Source of the DNA: Candidatus Omnitrophota bacterium | Lineage (GTDB): Bacteria; Omnitrophota; Gorgyraeia; Zapsychrales; Fredricksoniimonadaceae | Direction: 5' to 3' | DNA: 64,000 bases | Assembly: GCA_903944345.1 (NCBI GenBank) | Contig: CAJARJ010000009.1 | Location: forward strand, 65,875-129,874 | Shown here: one piece after another, positions 1 to 9,581 of the stretch | Layout of the letters: every line of letters starts with the position of its first letter | How positions within the stretch are numbered: position 1 is the first letter of the stretch | The notes under the pieces: generated by a model | Seen by the model: the letters and a program-made list of their open reading frames with translations, nothing else | Databases searched by the model: none | What the model was told of the DNA's origin: nothing | Program-made: the position numbers and the translations under genes

Positions 1-198
1 GTTTTCAAAACTTTCATTACATTCGAAAGGAATATGATACTCATGCCCCTTGAAGGTCAATGACGAGCAACCCCAAAGACGGGTCAAAAAGTGAACAGAC
101 ATCCCCTCTTCCGCAAAGCGCTGCTTGTAATACCATATCTCGGGCTCATAATAATCCCCCTCCATCAGTATGCCAATTTTCTTTCCGCCTGCCATCAT
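1..198 (-). CDS. DJ-1/PfpI family protein, N-terminal part (runs off window edge)
   Basis: Not in ORF track; manual translation from ATG 198/195 (overlaps upstream TGA): MAGGKKIGILMEGDYYEPEIWYYKQRFAEEGMSVHFLTRLWG..., a PfpI-like N-terminus (KKIxIL...ExE); open to position 1. Confidence 0.8.
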   Translation of the reverse strand, partial: MMAGGKKIGILMEGDYYEPEIWYYKQRFAEEGMSVHFLTRLWGCSSLTFKGHEYHIPFECNESFEN

Positions 199-1793
199 GA
201 CGCTCCCTTGTATCGGACTGCCAACATGGTAATATCATCGGATTGAGGAGCATCCAGCACGAAACCTTGAACTTCCTCGCGCATCCGCAGAATGATATCC
301 TTGACTGATTGCTTCTGAATTTGCCGTAAAATAGTTTTCAGGCGTTCTTCCGAAAACTGTTCCTGAGCGGCATTCATGGCTTCGGTAACACCGTCAGTAT
401 AAAGAAAAACGGTATCCCCGGGCTTGATAAGCATCGAATTGTTTTGCGAAAGTTTGTTTTCCATAACGCCCATAACAAAACCGCCCGGAACTTTGAGATA
501 ATTAAAACAACCCAGATGGTCACAATTTTCGATAGGATCATGACAATCGCCACAGCAGCTGCGGTCAAAGACCAACGGCGGATTGTGCCCGGCATTGCAG
601 AACTGCAATTCTCCGGTCTGGATATTAAGAATCGCACAAAAAACCGTAACAAACTGACACGTGGAATTGTCCGGATACATAATATTGTTAACCCGGGTCA
701 GGATCTCGTCAGTAGAAAGGCCGCGCTTGGCTTCATTCTTGATCAAGGTTTTACTGATGGCCATAAACAAGGCCGCCGGAACGCCTTTCCCGGAAACATC
801 ACCAATAACAAAACACAGCCTGTGATCATCAACAAAAAAGAAATCATAAAAATCCCCGCCTACTTCCTTGGCCGGATCCATCAAAGCAAACAAGTCAAAC
901 TCTTTACGTTCAGGGAACTCTACCGGAAGCATGCTGGCCTGAATATCTTTGGCAATACGTAATTCGCTCTCCATGCGTTCACGGGCCGCAGTTTCGGCCT
1001 TCAGATTCTCGATGAACCTTTTGATCGACACCTGAATAAGCTCAATAGCCAGCGAAGGATCTTTGCCAAAAAAACGAATAACCTCATCCTTGCCCATGGT
1101 AAAGACTTCGAGGTCCTCCTCGCAAACGGCAGAGCAAGTCCTCTCCTTGTAGGGAGAGAAAATTCCCATTTCCCCGATAACATCTCCCTCACCTACAACT
1201 TTCTTGATCTCAACCAGTCGAATAGCACCTTTGGCAATATAAAACATCCGGTCAGCAGGATCCCCGGCCTTGAAAAGAGTCTCACCCTGTCTGAAGGTTT
1301 CTTTCTTCATAAACTCGAGCGGCCAGCGGCAGACACAATCAGAAGCTCCGGAAGAAGATTTGCCTCCGTTTGGCTTTCCGTCATGACAGCAGGAGTTGGT
1401 CTTTACCAGAGTCAGGATGTTGCGGCCATCTTCCCGGCGATAAATGACATCGTCCATAATCTGGCGAATCATGAATATCCCAAGTCCACCAATACGCCGC
1501 GCCTCCATCGGAGCCGTAACGTCCGGAGCAGCTAATGCCAACGGATTAAACTCAATTCCGGAATCAATAATCGTAATCTCAAGACAGTGCTCCTGATTAA
1601 GAACAACAATCTCCAGATCACCTTCTGAACCGGGATAAGCGTAATTTATAACGTTAACCAGAGCTTCTTCGCAAGCAAGCTGAACCTTATCGATTGTTTC
1701 TTTCTTGAAATACTGCCGTGCAGCCGCATCGCGAATAAACACGAACATGCTCTCAAGATTGCCGAGTTTTGCGGGCAAACAAAGTCGTTCCAT
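195..1793 (-). CDS. Fused RsbW-type Ser kinase (HATPase) + cNMP-binding domain + SpoIIE/RsbU PP2C phosphatase
   Basis: EEALVNVINYAY, IDSG, GGLGIFMI kinase boxes; GEMGIF...RTCS cNMP cassette; ELRIAKDIQASMLP, GGDFYD, GDVSGKG, NAGH, YTDGVTEA, DDIT PP2C motifs. Confidence 0.9.
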   Translation of the reverse strand: MERLCLPAKLGNLESMFVFIRDAAARQYFKKETIDKVQLACEEALVNVINYAYPGSEGDLEIVVLNQEHCLEITIIDSGIEFNPLALAAPDVTAPMEARRIGGLGIFMIRQIMDDVIYRREDGRNILTLVKTNSCCHDGKPNGGKSSSGASDCVCRWPLEFMKKETFRQGETLFKAGDPADRMFYIAKGAIRLVEIKKVVGEGDVIGEMGIFSPYKERTCSAVCEEDLEVFTMGKDEVIRFFGKDPSLAIELIQVSIKRFIENLKAETAARERMESELRIAKDIQASMLPVEFPERKEFDLFALMDPAKEVGGDFYDFFFVDDHRLCFVIGDVSGKGVPAALFMAISKTLIKNEAKRGLSTDEILTRVNNIMYPDNSTCQFVTVFCAILNIQTGELQFCNAGHNPPLVFDRSCCGDCHDPIENCDHLGCFNYLKVPGGFVMGVMENKLSQNNSMLIKPGDTVFLYTDGVTEAMNAAQEQFSEERLKTILRQIQKQSVKDIILRMREEVQGFVLDAPQSDDITMLAVRYKGAS

Positions 1794-1798
1794 AGGAT

Positions 1799-2134
1799 TT
1801 ACTCTGTCCAGGAATCCTGCAGGGTCATAAAATTATCCAGACCACTCATTTTAATGACATTCAATATTGCGGGGGCCGCAGCAACCATAAAGATATGAGC
1901 ATCCACTCCGATCTTCTGTTTTGCGAAAATGATCACACGCAATCCGGCGCTGGAGATATACTCCAGGTTCTTGGCTATAAAAACCAGCTTGGTTACACCT
2001 TGACCCGCGTACTGCTTGATCTCGGTCTGAAGAGCTTCCGAATTAGTGGCATCCAGTCGACCGATCAACTCGACTTTGACAACCTTATTGGCACATACTA
2101 CGCTAAATCTGGAATCCATAGTCTGTTTCTCCAT
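1799..2134 (-). CDS. STAS-domain anti-sigma factor antagonist
   Basis: GRLDA and LEYISSAGLR (phospho-Ser motif), ~110 aa. Confidence 0.9.
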   Translation of the reverse strand: MEKQTMDSRFSVVCANKVVKVELIGRLDATNSEALQTEIKQYAGQGVTKLVFIAKNLEYISSAGLRVIIFAKQKIGVDAHIFMVAAAPAILNVIKMSGLDNFMTLQDSWTE

Positions 2135-2149
2135 TTATGATACATTCCC

Positions 2150-4282
2150 CTATCGGGTCTTTTTCCCTACCAGTATGACCACCGAGCGAGACCCCAGCAT
2201 AAAAGCGGATTGATCCGCTAATTCCACTTCTTTGCCCGGCTGCCAGATATCCTGGGGAGCCGGAGCATCCGTATTGGCAAAAACATGCCAAATCATCCCC
2301 GAAGGAAGCTGGGGCAATTCAAAAAGAGCACTCTGCCAATGCATGTTCATTGCGACATAAATCCCGTTATCATCAACTGTCCCGCCTTTGGCATGATGAC
2401 CACACAAAAGAAATGCAATCCGGCGACTTTCCGGGGACCAGTCAACATCCCAGGCCTTCTGACCGTGCCAGGTAATATCGGCATAACCACTGCCCATATA
2501 ATCCCTGTTCTGAAAATGAGCACGATTTCGCAATACCGGATGCGCTTTTCTGAAAGCGATCATCTGGCTGAAAAAATTGAACAACTCGCGATTTTTTTTT
2601 AGCATACGCCAGTCAATCCAGGAGATTTCATTGTCCTGGCAATAAGCGTTATTGTTACCCCATTGCGTATTGGCAAACTCATCCCCCGCCAGAATCATCG
2701 GAGTACCCTGACTGACCAGCAGCAGTGCGGCAGCATTTTTCATCTGCTTGATACGCAAACAATTGACCGCCGGATCTTCAGTCTCTCCCTCAACACCGCA
2801 ATTCCAGCTATCATTGTCATTCGATCCGTCAGAATTATTTTCGCCGTTGGCTTCATTATGCTTGTCATTATACGAAACCATGTCATAAAGAGTAAAGCCG
2901 TCGTGGGCAGTAATAAAATTGACCGACGCACAGGCCCCACGACCTTCCCATGAATACAAATCCGGAGACCCCTGCAATCTCTGTGCGACCGCTCCCAGCA
3001 TTCCGGGTTCACCTTTAATAAATTTGCGGATATCATCGCGGTATTTTCCGTTCCATTCGGCCCAACGACCCCATGCAGGAAAAGATCCCACCTGATATAA
3101 GCCGCCAGCATCCCAGGCTTCGGCAATCAGTTTGCATTTTCCAAGAATCGGGTCAAATGCCAAAGACTCCAAAAGCGGAGGACTATGCATGGGCGCTCCG
3201 TTTTGATCCCGGCCAAGAATCGAGGCAAGATCAAATCGGAAACCGTCCACATGATAATCCGAAGCCCAATAGCGCAGGCAATCAAGAATCATGCTGCGAA
3301 CAATCGGATTGTTACAATTAAGCGTATTGCCGCAACCGGAGAAATTGAAATAGTAGCCCTCGGGAGTCAGCAAATAATAGGTCTTATTATCGATGCCGCG
3401 ATAAGAAATATACGGGCCGCGTTCATTGCCCTCTGCGGTATGATTAAAAACAACGTCCAGAATAACTTCAATGCCGTTCTTGTGCAGTTCCTTGATCATG
3501 GTTTTGCATTCATCAACCTGCATCCCCAGTTTTCCGGTAGCCGCGAATCCGGCTTTGGGAGCAAAAAAGCCGACATTGCTGTACCCCCAGTAATTCATCA
3601 GCATTTTCCCGCTTGCAGAAGAAATGCGTGAGTTCTCGAATTCATCAAACTCGTGAATAGGCATAAGTTCAATGCAATTAACCCCAAGCTCTTTAAGATA
3701 GGCTATTTTCTCCCGAATACCGGAAAAAGTCCCCGGATGCTTGACACCCGAAGAACTATGGCGAGTAAACCCGCGCACATGCGCTTCATAAATAACCAGA
3801 TCTTCGACCGGAGTTTCCAGCGGCCGGTCGTTTTCCCAGTCAAAATCATCGAAGCAAATCCGGGCCCGGTGCTGATACGCATCCGACCAGTCCGGAGCCT
3901 TGCCCCAAACATCCCGACCACCAATTGCTTTGGCATAAGGATCCATAAGAATTTTTGTTTTGTCACAACGATGCCCTTCATGAGCATTAAAAGGGCCGTC
4001 TATGTAAAAACCATATTCGATATTTTCATAATCCAAGTCGAAAACAACCATCGTGAAAACATTGCCGATACGAAACTCGTCCTTGAAGGGTATTGTGGCA
4101 CAAGGCTTCTGCTCCCCCTTGCTGAATAACACCAAAGTACAGGATGTAGCAATGCGGGAATAAACCGAAAAATTAACCCCACCCTGAACGATTGTTGCTC
4201 CGAACGGCAAAGGTTTACCAACCCGCAGTTTGAATTTTCCGCAATCACTGTCATGGGTAGGATGCAGGTCAACCCTAAGCAT
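2150..4282 (-). CDS. glgX: Glycogen debranching enzyme / isoamylase (GH13)
   Basis: NYWGY, DVVFNHTAEG, DGFRFDLA, AEAWD, NFITAHDGFTL, NNNAYCQDNE motifs. Confidence 0.95.
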   Translation of the reverse strand: MLRVDLHPTHDSDCGKFKLRVGKPLPFGATIVQGGVNFSVYSRIATSCTLVLFSKGEQKPCATIPFKDEFRIGNVFTMVVFDLDYENIEYGFYIDGPFNAHEGHRCDKTKILMDPYAKAIGGRDVWGKAPDWSDAYQHRARICFDDFDWENDRPLETPVEDLVIYEAHVRGFTRHSSSGVKHPGTFSGIREKIAYLKELGVNCIELMPIHEFDEFENSRISSASGKMLMNYWGYSNVGFFAPKAGFAATGKLGMQVDECKTMIKELHKNGIEVILDVVFNHTAEGNERGPYISYRGIDNKTYYLLTPEGYYFNFSGCGNTLNCNNPIVRSMILDCLRYWASDYHVDGFRFDLASILGRDQNGAPMHSPPLLESLAFDPILGKCKLIAEAWDAGGLYQVGSFPAWGRWAEWNGKYRDDIRKFIKGEPGMLGAVAQRLQGSPDLYSWEGRGACASVNFITAHDGFTLYDMVSYNDKHNEANGENNSDGSNDNDSWNCGVEGETEDPAVNCLRIKQMKNAAALLLVSQGTPMILAGDEFANTQWGNNNAYCQDNEISWIDWRMLKKNRELFNFFSQMIAFRKAHPVLRNRAHFQNRDYMGSGYADITWHGQKAWDVDWSPESRRIAFLLCGHHAKGGTVDDNGIYVAMNMHWQSALFELPQLPSGMIWHVFANTDAPAPQDIWQPGKEVELADQSAFMLGSRSVVILVGKKTR

Positions 4283-4636
4283 TTAAGCCCCTTTCTTGAC
4301 AGTTGTCAGCGCAGAAAAAGCAGAAGGAACATCCTCAAAACTCTTGAAAAAATTATTGAAGCCTGTCATCTCCATGACATCCTGAACCTCAGGAGAAAGA
4401 CCGCTAAGCACCATAACACCCCCGATTGCTGACATCTGCTTGGCAGCCATCAACAAAAGCCTTAAGCCGGCACTGGATATGTAGGCACACGCCCCCAGAT
4501 CCATAATAACCGCCGCCCCTTTTGTCGAAGCCAAAGGCAGTATCATTTCCTGTGCGGCATTAACCGTATTACCGTCAAGACTGCCGGAAAGCTTGATAAC
4601 AGTGACCCCGTCCAGAGCTGTAGTAGTAATCTCCAT
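4283..4636 (-). CDS. STAS-domain anti-sigma factor antagonist
   Basis: GSLDG and YISSAGLR motifs; stop directly abuts glgX ATG. Confidence 0.9.
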   Translation of the reverse strand: MEITTTALDGVTVIKLSGSLDGNTVNAAQEMILPLASTKGAAVIMDLGACAYISSAGLRLLLMAAKQMSAIGGVMVLSGLSPEVQDVMEMTGFNNFFKSFEDVPSAFSALTTVKKGA

Positions 4637-4676
4637 TTTCTATTCCTTAATTCCGGACTGCTGTATAGTCCGGATT

Positions 4677-6497
4677 TTATGCCACAGGCGTAAGACGCAC
4701 CTTGACCTTGGGCCTATAATTTAAATTCGGTAAATCAACCGTGAGTTTCTCCGCATCAAAATTTTTCCAGGGATTACCGTCAATCCAGACCTCCGAGATA
4801 CGCACACTACCTTTAGGAAGAATATCCGGCTGAACCCGCAGAATATCCCCAGGGAAGCCATGCGGTAACGGTTTGAAATAAAGATCCAGCGGTTTCTTTG
4901 TATAAAGCAAATTCTGGTAGACCTGGGACAAATAGCATAGTTCGATCGAATGGTAACAGGCCATGGAATGACTGCCCTTCAGGCGTTCCGTTCCGAGCAG
5001 AAATGGCAACCCGTTATTAAGCACATTGAAATATACTGCGCCATCATCATGATCCAGGAAGAAGGCATTGTAGAAAGCTGCAGACTCGCGCCCCAGACGC
5101 AAATACTCGGGGTCCTTCAATACACCATGCATAATCTGATAGGCAAGAATGGCCTGCTCCTGCTGCCACCAGGCTTTACGATCGTGCCAGACATGACGAT
5201 AACAGGTTTCCCCCGGAGCCAGTTCTCTTTCCATAACGTCGTACCACCCGCCCCTCTGGACATCCATGCCGACTGTCGGCATAATGCTGGCAATCTTGCG
5301 GGCGAAATCCACATATTCCTTCTTGGATTTCAAACTGTTGATGCGTAACAAATTCCAGGCAATCTTGAGATTGTGTCCGATCACGCCCCGATTCTGCTGC
5401 CAGCCCCAGGTCTTGTCATGGCTCCAATCCTCCAGAAACTTTTCCTGAACGAACGGACTGTGCTCATAATCAGGGAAATATTTGGTAATGCAGTCGGCCG
5501 TCTCAATCAGGAAATCTTCGTGCTTCTTGTCGCCGGTGGCCAGCCAGAGATTGATCAAATAAGCTGGCGCATGATCTCCCAGCGAATTCCAGTTCTTGCG
5601 TCCGCGGTTTCTACCCAAAGATTCGTGTCTGGGATTAAGATTAACCGGATCGATATGGGAGAAATATCCGCCCTTTTCCTTGTCCAGAAAGAAACGATCA
5701 AAAAGATCAATGGTCATCTTGATATCTTTCATAATCGCCGGATCCCCGGTAATACGATAGGTCTGAGTGGGACCCGCCAGAGCATAAATCTGTTCATACA
5801 TCGGGATGCCATCATAATCATCACCGAATTCCGAGGCAAAGACCTTATGCTCCCGGCCATGCTTGATATCAATACCGTGGTACCAGTAGACCACATTCTC
5901 ATCCGTGTCATAGAAACGCATATGATCGCGCAGATACTGAGTCCCCTTCTCTGCCGCCTCCAGAAAACGATCTTCTCCGGTCAAAAGAAACGCCGAGGCC
6001 ATTCCATAGACCATCCGCGAAATGGTATCTGTCTCCTGACGATGATCCTCTTTACGCTCCCCGGTCAAAGATATCATCGTACGATAGTTGTTGTAATCGA
6101 TGGTATCCGGACTTCCGAACTCTGCCTTGATATAGAAATCCGCAATACTGGCGGCCTGCTTGATCCACCAATCAGCTTCTTCAAAACGGAAGTTATCGAT
6201 CCCGGCTCCAGAAAAAACAAGCACCTTGGCATCAAAATCAAACCCCTTGCTCTCGGGATAAAAAATACCCATTACATACAAGTACTGCCCTTCAACCATG
6301 AGCTCATCGATCCTGCCGGTATAATCGCACCATCCTTCACCTAAATTACGTGGTCCACGAGCATAAGCAGAAGCGGTCAGACGGGCGAAGAACTCTCTGC
6401 CATCAGTTGTTTTGAGGGAAAATGTACGTTTGTCCTTATCAAATCTGGTGACATAGCCGGCAATCGTATCTGAAAACTCGAACTTGATGTTATTCAT
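4677..6497 (-). CDS. AGE-family (N-acylglucosamine 2-epimerase-like) protein with extra N-terminal domain
   Basis: SRMVYG, NSLGDH, IGHNLKIAW, WWQQEQA, GSHSMACYH (alpha/alpha)6-barrel epimerase motifs; RBS AGGGGAG. Confidence 0.8.
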   Translation of the reverse strand: MNNIKFEFSDTIAGYVTRFDKDKRTFSLKTTDGREFFARLTASAYARGPRNLGEGWCDYTGRIDELMVEGQYLYVMGIFYPESKGFDFDAKVLVFSGAGIDNFRFEEADWWIKQAASIADFYIKAEFGSPDTIDYNNYRTMISLTGERKEDHRQETDTISRMVYGMASAFLLTGEDRFLEAAEKGTQYLRDHMRFYDTDENVVYWYHGIDIKHGREHKVFASEFGDDYDGIPMYEQIYALAGPTQTYRITGDPAIMKDIKMTIDLFDRFFLDKEKGGYFSHIDPVNLNPRHESLGRNRGRKNWNSLGDHAPAYLINLWLATGDKKHEDFLIETADCITKYFPDYEHSPFVQEKFLEDWSHDKTWGWQQNRGVIGHNLKIAWNLLRINSLKSKKEYVDFARKIASIMPTVGMDVQRGGWYDVMERELAPGETCYRHVWHDRKAWWQQEQAILAYQIMHGVLKDPEYLRLGRESAAFYNAFFLDHDDGAVYFNVLNNGLPFLLGTERLKGSHSMACYHSIELCYLSQVYQNLLYTKKPLDLYFKPLPHGFPGDILRVQPDILPKGSVRISEVWIDGNPWKNFDAEKLTVDLPNLNYRPKVKVRLTPVA

Positions 6498-6667
6498 GAC
6501 AATCTCCCCTGAATGTAACGAATCAGACTAGTCTTCCTCTAACAAAAAAACGAGTCCGGTGCGGGCTCGTCTTTTATACGCATTTTGCTATAAATCCGGC
6601 CAACAAGACATACTGGAACTCCACGAGGAAAAATGGTAGATTACTTGTAAGTTCAAATTGGCAAAAT

Positions 6668-6716
6668 AATACCTACTTAACAGAGGGCATTCTATCACCC
6701 GTTTTGATTTACACAA
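6668..6716 (-). promoter_or_regulatory. Putative sigma70 promoter of the AGE/glgX operon with overlapping imperfect inverted repeat (candidate Rrf2 operator)
   Basis: Minus strand TTGTGT-N16-TAGAAT with TG extension (6716-6689); AATACCTACT-N4-AGAGGGCATT at 6668-6691. Confidence 0.4.
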
Positions 6717-6790
6717 CTATTTTTCAAAATGTATCTTTATGGCTGAAAACTATCTAACATTCCCGTCGCCTAAAATGAAAGAAACTCGCT

Positions 6791-7249
6791 ATGCTTAAAA
6801 TATCAACAAAAACCCGCTATGCCATCCGTGCCCTGGTAGAAATGGCTAATGACAGCAAGCAACTTCATTTGCTGGATCAACTTGCCCTGCATCAAAACAT
6901 TTCCAGAAAATACCTCGAAAACATTTTTGCACTGCTTAAAAAAGGTTCCATCGTGCAAAGCAAAGTCGGCAAGAATGGCGGCTTTTACCTGCGAGAGAAA
7001 CTGGAAACCATTACCCTGTTAAGAATTTACGAATTGATGGAAGGAGAGGTCGAAGTTGTCAGCTGCCGGAGCAGGAAAAGAAGCTGCCCTCGCCTGTCAT
7101 TCTGCCCGGTCAGTCCGGTATGGAGCGAGGTCAGCGCGCAAATAAAAAAGACACTTGCCTCAAAAAGTCTCAAAGATCTTTGTGAAATCAATCGAACAGA
7201 AGCCAACTGCGAGGAATCAAAGCCCGCAAGTAAAAAAAGATCAGCATAA
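6791..7249 (+). CDS. Rrf2 family transcriptional regulator (three Cys, probable Fe-S)
   Basis: KISTKTRYAIRAL, ISRKYLENIF, GKNGGFYL; C-x6-C-x5-C motif. Confidence 0.9.
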   Translation: MLKISTKTRYAIRALVEMANDSKQLHLLDQLALHQNISRKYLENIFALLKKGSIVQSKVGKNGGFYLREKLETITLLRIYELMEGEVEVVSCRSRKRSCPRLSFCPVSPVWSEVSAQIKKTLASKSLKDLCEINRTEANCEESKPASKKRSA

Positions 7250-7286
7250 TCGCTTGAGACTCCCGGCTTGACAGGAGCTTCTGTTT

Positions 7287-7886
7287 CTACCGTCTTTTCT
7301 TTTTGGTGTCCACAACCCCGGGCGCTGATTTTACATGAGCTTTAATTAAATTCAAAATTTCGGTATTGCCCCTGCTTGTGGCCAACGACAGCGGCGTTGC
7401 TCCATTGTCCATCTTTGCGTTGACATCAGCTCCGTTTTGCAGCAGCATCCTGGCAACCTCGACATGCCCCTGCTTGCGCCCCTTAAAGCAGGCAAAATGC
7501 AAGGGAGTTGCCCCGTCCTTGGCTCTAGCGTTCACCATTGCACCACGATCAAGCAGCATCCTCGCGGCCTTGGTCTGGGCCTGAGAAGCCGCAACATGCA
7601 AAGGCGTTCCATCATTACCATTCGTAACATCTATTTTAACATGATACTCATCCAGAAGAACTTTAACCACTTCCAATTGTCCCCGCCCGACAGCCCAGTG
7701 TAGCGGCGTCTTGCCCTGTTCATCCTTGCTGTACAGCAGCGACTGATCATGATCCTGATCCAGTAATGTTCTAAGCAAGGTAACATCACCGCTTTTGGCG
7801 GCTTCATGAATAGGCTCCGAAAAAGAAATCCCAGGCGCCAGCGAACAGCACAATAGGATGAGAACAAGAGAGAATAAACTTTTCAC
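7287..7886 (-). CDS. Secreted ankyrin-repeat protein
   Basis: Repeated TPLH(W/V/F)A motifs; GTG start after AAAGGAG, hydrophobic signal peptide. Confidence 0.85.
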   Translation of the reverse strand: MKSLFSLVLILLCCSLAPGISFSEPIHEAAKSGDVTLLRTLLDQDHDQSLLYSKDEQGKTPLHWAVGRGQLEVVKVLLDEYHVKIDVTNGNDGTPLHVAASQAQTKAARMLLDRGAMVNARAKDGATPLHFACFKGRKQGHVEVARMLLQNGADVNAKMDNGATPLSLATSRGNTEILNLIKAHVKSAPGVVDTKKKRR

Positions 7887-8015
7887 AAGGACTCCTTTCC
7901 TGACTCGATGATTTGCTGCTATTATAATGCGCAATAAAGCCTCAGAATATATTTCTTTACAAAATTTTATGTTCCAGACTTCTCTACATGGAACAAACAA
8001 TAAAGGAGTTCAGCA

Positions 8016-8762
8016 ATGAAACCTGTCAACGTCGGGATTACGGGAGCCGCCGGAAACATCGGAACCACTCTGCAGGAAGGCCTGGCTCGGGATTATTCTT
8101 TATCTCTTTATGACACAAAAGAGATTTTAACAGCCCCCGGTGCCAGATTTATAAAAACTAATCTAAGCGAAGAAACCACCCTTCACGGTCTTTTTGACGG
8201 TCTTGATGCACTTATTCACCTGGCCGGCAACCCGCGCCCTGATGCTCCCCGGAAACAAACCCTGCAAAACAACTTTCTCGCCACCAGCCTTGTGTTTGAA
8301 GAGGCCCGCCGCGCCGGAATTAAAAAAATCGTTTTTGCAAGCAGCAATTTCTACCATGAAAATGATCTTGCCCAAACACTCCACAATCCCAACCGGGGAT
8401 TGATCACTCTGGATGCGCCCCCCAGCCCCGTCTGCCTTTATGGCGAATCAAAAGTTTATGGAGAGAACCTGGGCCGACATCTCTCTTATACAGGTGGTTT
8501 AAAGTTTGCCGCTTTAAGAATCGGATGGACGGTTCCGCAGGACACCCCAAGACCATATGACAGTCCTTATATGCGGGCTGTATTTTGCAGCAAAAGGGAT
8601 CTGGTGCAGGCTTTTGTAAAAGCACTGGAAGTTGACACAGATTTTATCACTGCTTTTGCTGTCAGCAACAATTCCCGGGCAGTATTCGATCTGGATGAAA
8701 CCAGAAAAACTCTTGGCTTTATCCCCCAGGACAATGCCGAAAACTATTTCAGGAAAGACTAA
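8016..8762 (+). CDS. NAD-dependent epimerase/dehydratase (uronate dehydrogenase-like SDR)
   Basis: TGAAGNIG, FASSN, YGESK. Confidence 0.85.
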   Translation: MKPVNVGITGAAGNIGTTLQEGLARDYSLSLYDTKEILTAPGARFIKTNLSEETTLHGLFDGLDALIHLAGNPRPDAPRKQTLQNNFLATSLVFEEARRAGIKKIVFASSNFYHENDLAQTLHNPNRGLITLDAPPSPVCLYGESKVYGENLGRHLSYTGGLKFAALRIGWTVPQDTPRPYDSPYMRAVFCSKRDLVQAFVKALEVDTDFITAFAVSNNSRAVFDLDETRKTLGFIPQDNAENYFRKD

Positions 8763-9427
8763 CCCTTCCGCTGATGCCCGTTAAAAAGAAATGAAAACAT
8801 AAAATAAAGGGCGATCAGAAAATACAGTGTAAAAGCCAGCCCCGTGCTGACAAAAGCCAGAAAAGCGGCCACAAGATAGGCCACCGGTCCAAACAAGAAC
8901 GCGGCAACAATAGCCTTGCGATATGCGGGCAACGGAATGCCTTCCTTCAAAATCTTGCAATCGAAAATACCATACCATCTGACAGCCACCAATGCCCCAC
9001 CGGTCAAGGCCATCACCACTCCGTAAAAAGCCACGGCCAGAGGATTCTGTGGATAATCGCCTACAAGCGCAGTGGGGAAAGGGATAAACGAAACAAACAA
9101 CAGTACAAATACATTCAACCAGAACAGAATAATATTAAATCCACGAAAACTGTCAAAGATGCGATGATGATTCACCCAAACAATACAAACTGTCAAAAAA
9201 CTGATGATCCAGCTCAAGAATTTTGGCAGAAGACCCCGTAAAGCATCCAGTAAAACAGACACCGAATCTGCCTGGCCGATATGAGGAACCTTGATCTCCA
9301 GGATCAGCAGCGTGACAATAATGGCAAAAATACCATCGCTAAAAGCCTCCACACGGCTTTTGGTCAGTTCACCATAACGAAAAGTTTTCTGATCCGCCCT
9401 ATCGGCTGATAAATGTTCCGCTGCCAT
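8759..9427 (-). CDS. TMEM175 (DUF1211) family potassium channel
   Basis: RVEAFSDGIFAIIVTLL signature, WVNHH, FIPFPT. Confidence 0.9.
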   Translation of the reverse strand: MAAEHLSADRADQKTFRYGELTKSRVEAFSDGIFAIIVTLLILEIKVPHIGQADSVSVLLDALRGLLPKFLSWIISFLTVCIVWVNHHRIFDSFRGFNIILFWLNVFVLLFVSFIPFPTALVGDYPQNPLAVAFYGVVMALTGGALVAVRWYGIFDCKILKEGIPLPAYRKAIVAAFLFGPVAYLVAAFLAFVSTGLAFTLYFLIALYFMFSFLFNGHQRKG

Positions 9428-9581
9428 AATAAAGATGAGCCTTTCTGATTCAATATTTCAAGAAGATAAAGCACGAAAACCTGAAAAACTCTTTGATAGT
9501 ATACCATCCGCATGGATTCTCCAAATCGAAATCAAAAGAAATGCTCAAGCTCTGTTGAGCGACTGACAGGTATTTTCTGTC

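Noticed and set aside
4652-4674. Hairpin TCCGGACT-N7-AGTCCGGA between the AGE and STAS genes
   Set aside because: No U-tract on the coding strand; at most an mRNA-stabilising stem, not called as a terminator
5373-6344. 323-aa plus-strand ORF and the many other antisense or alternate-frame ORFs in the track
   Set aside because: Shadows of well-supported genes on the opposite strand or frame; no recognisable motifs
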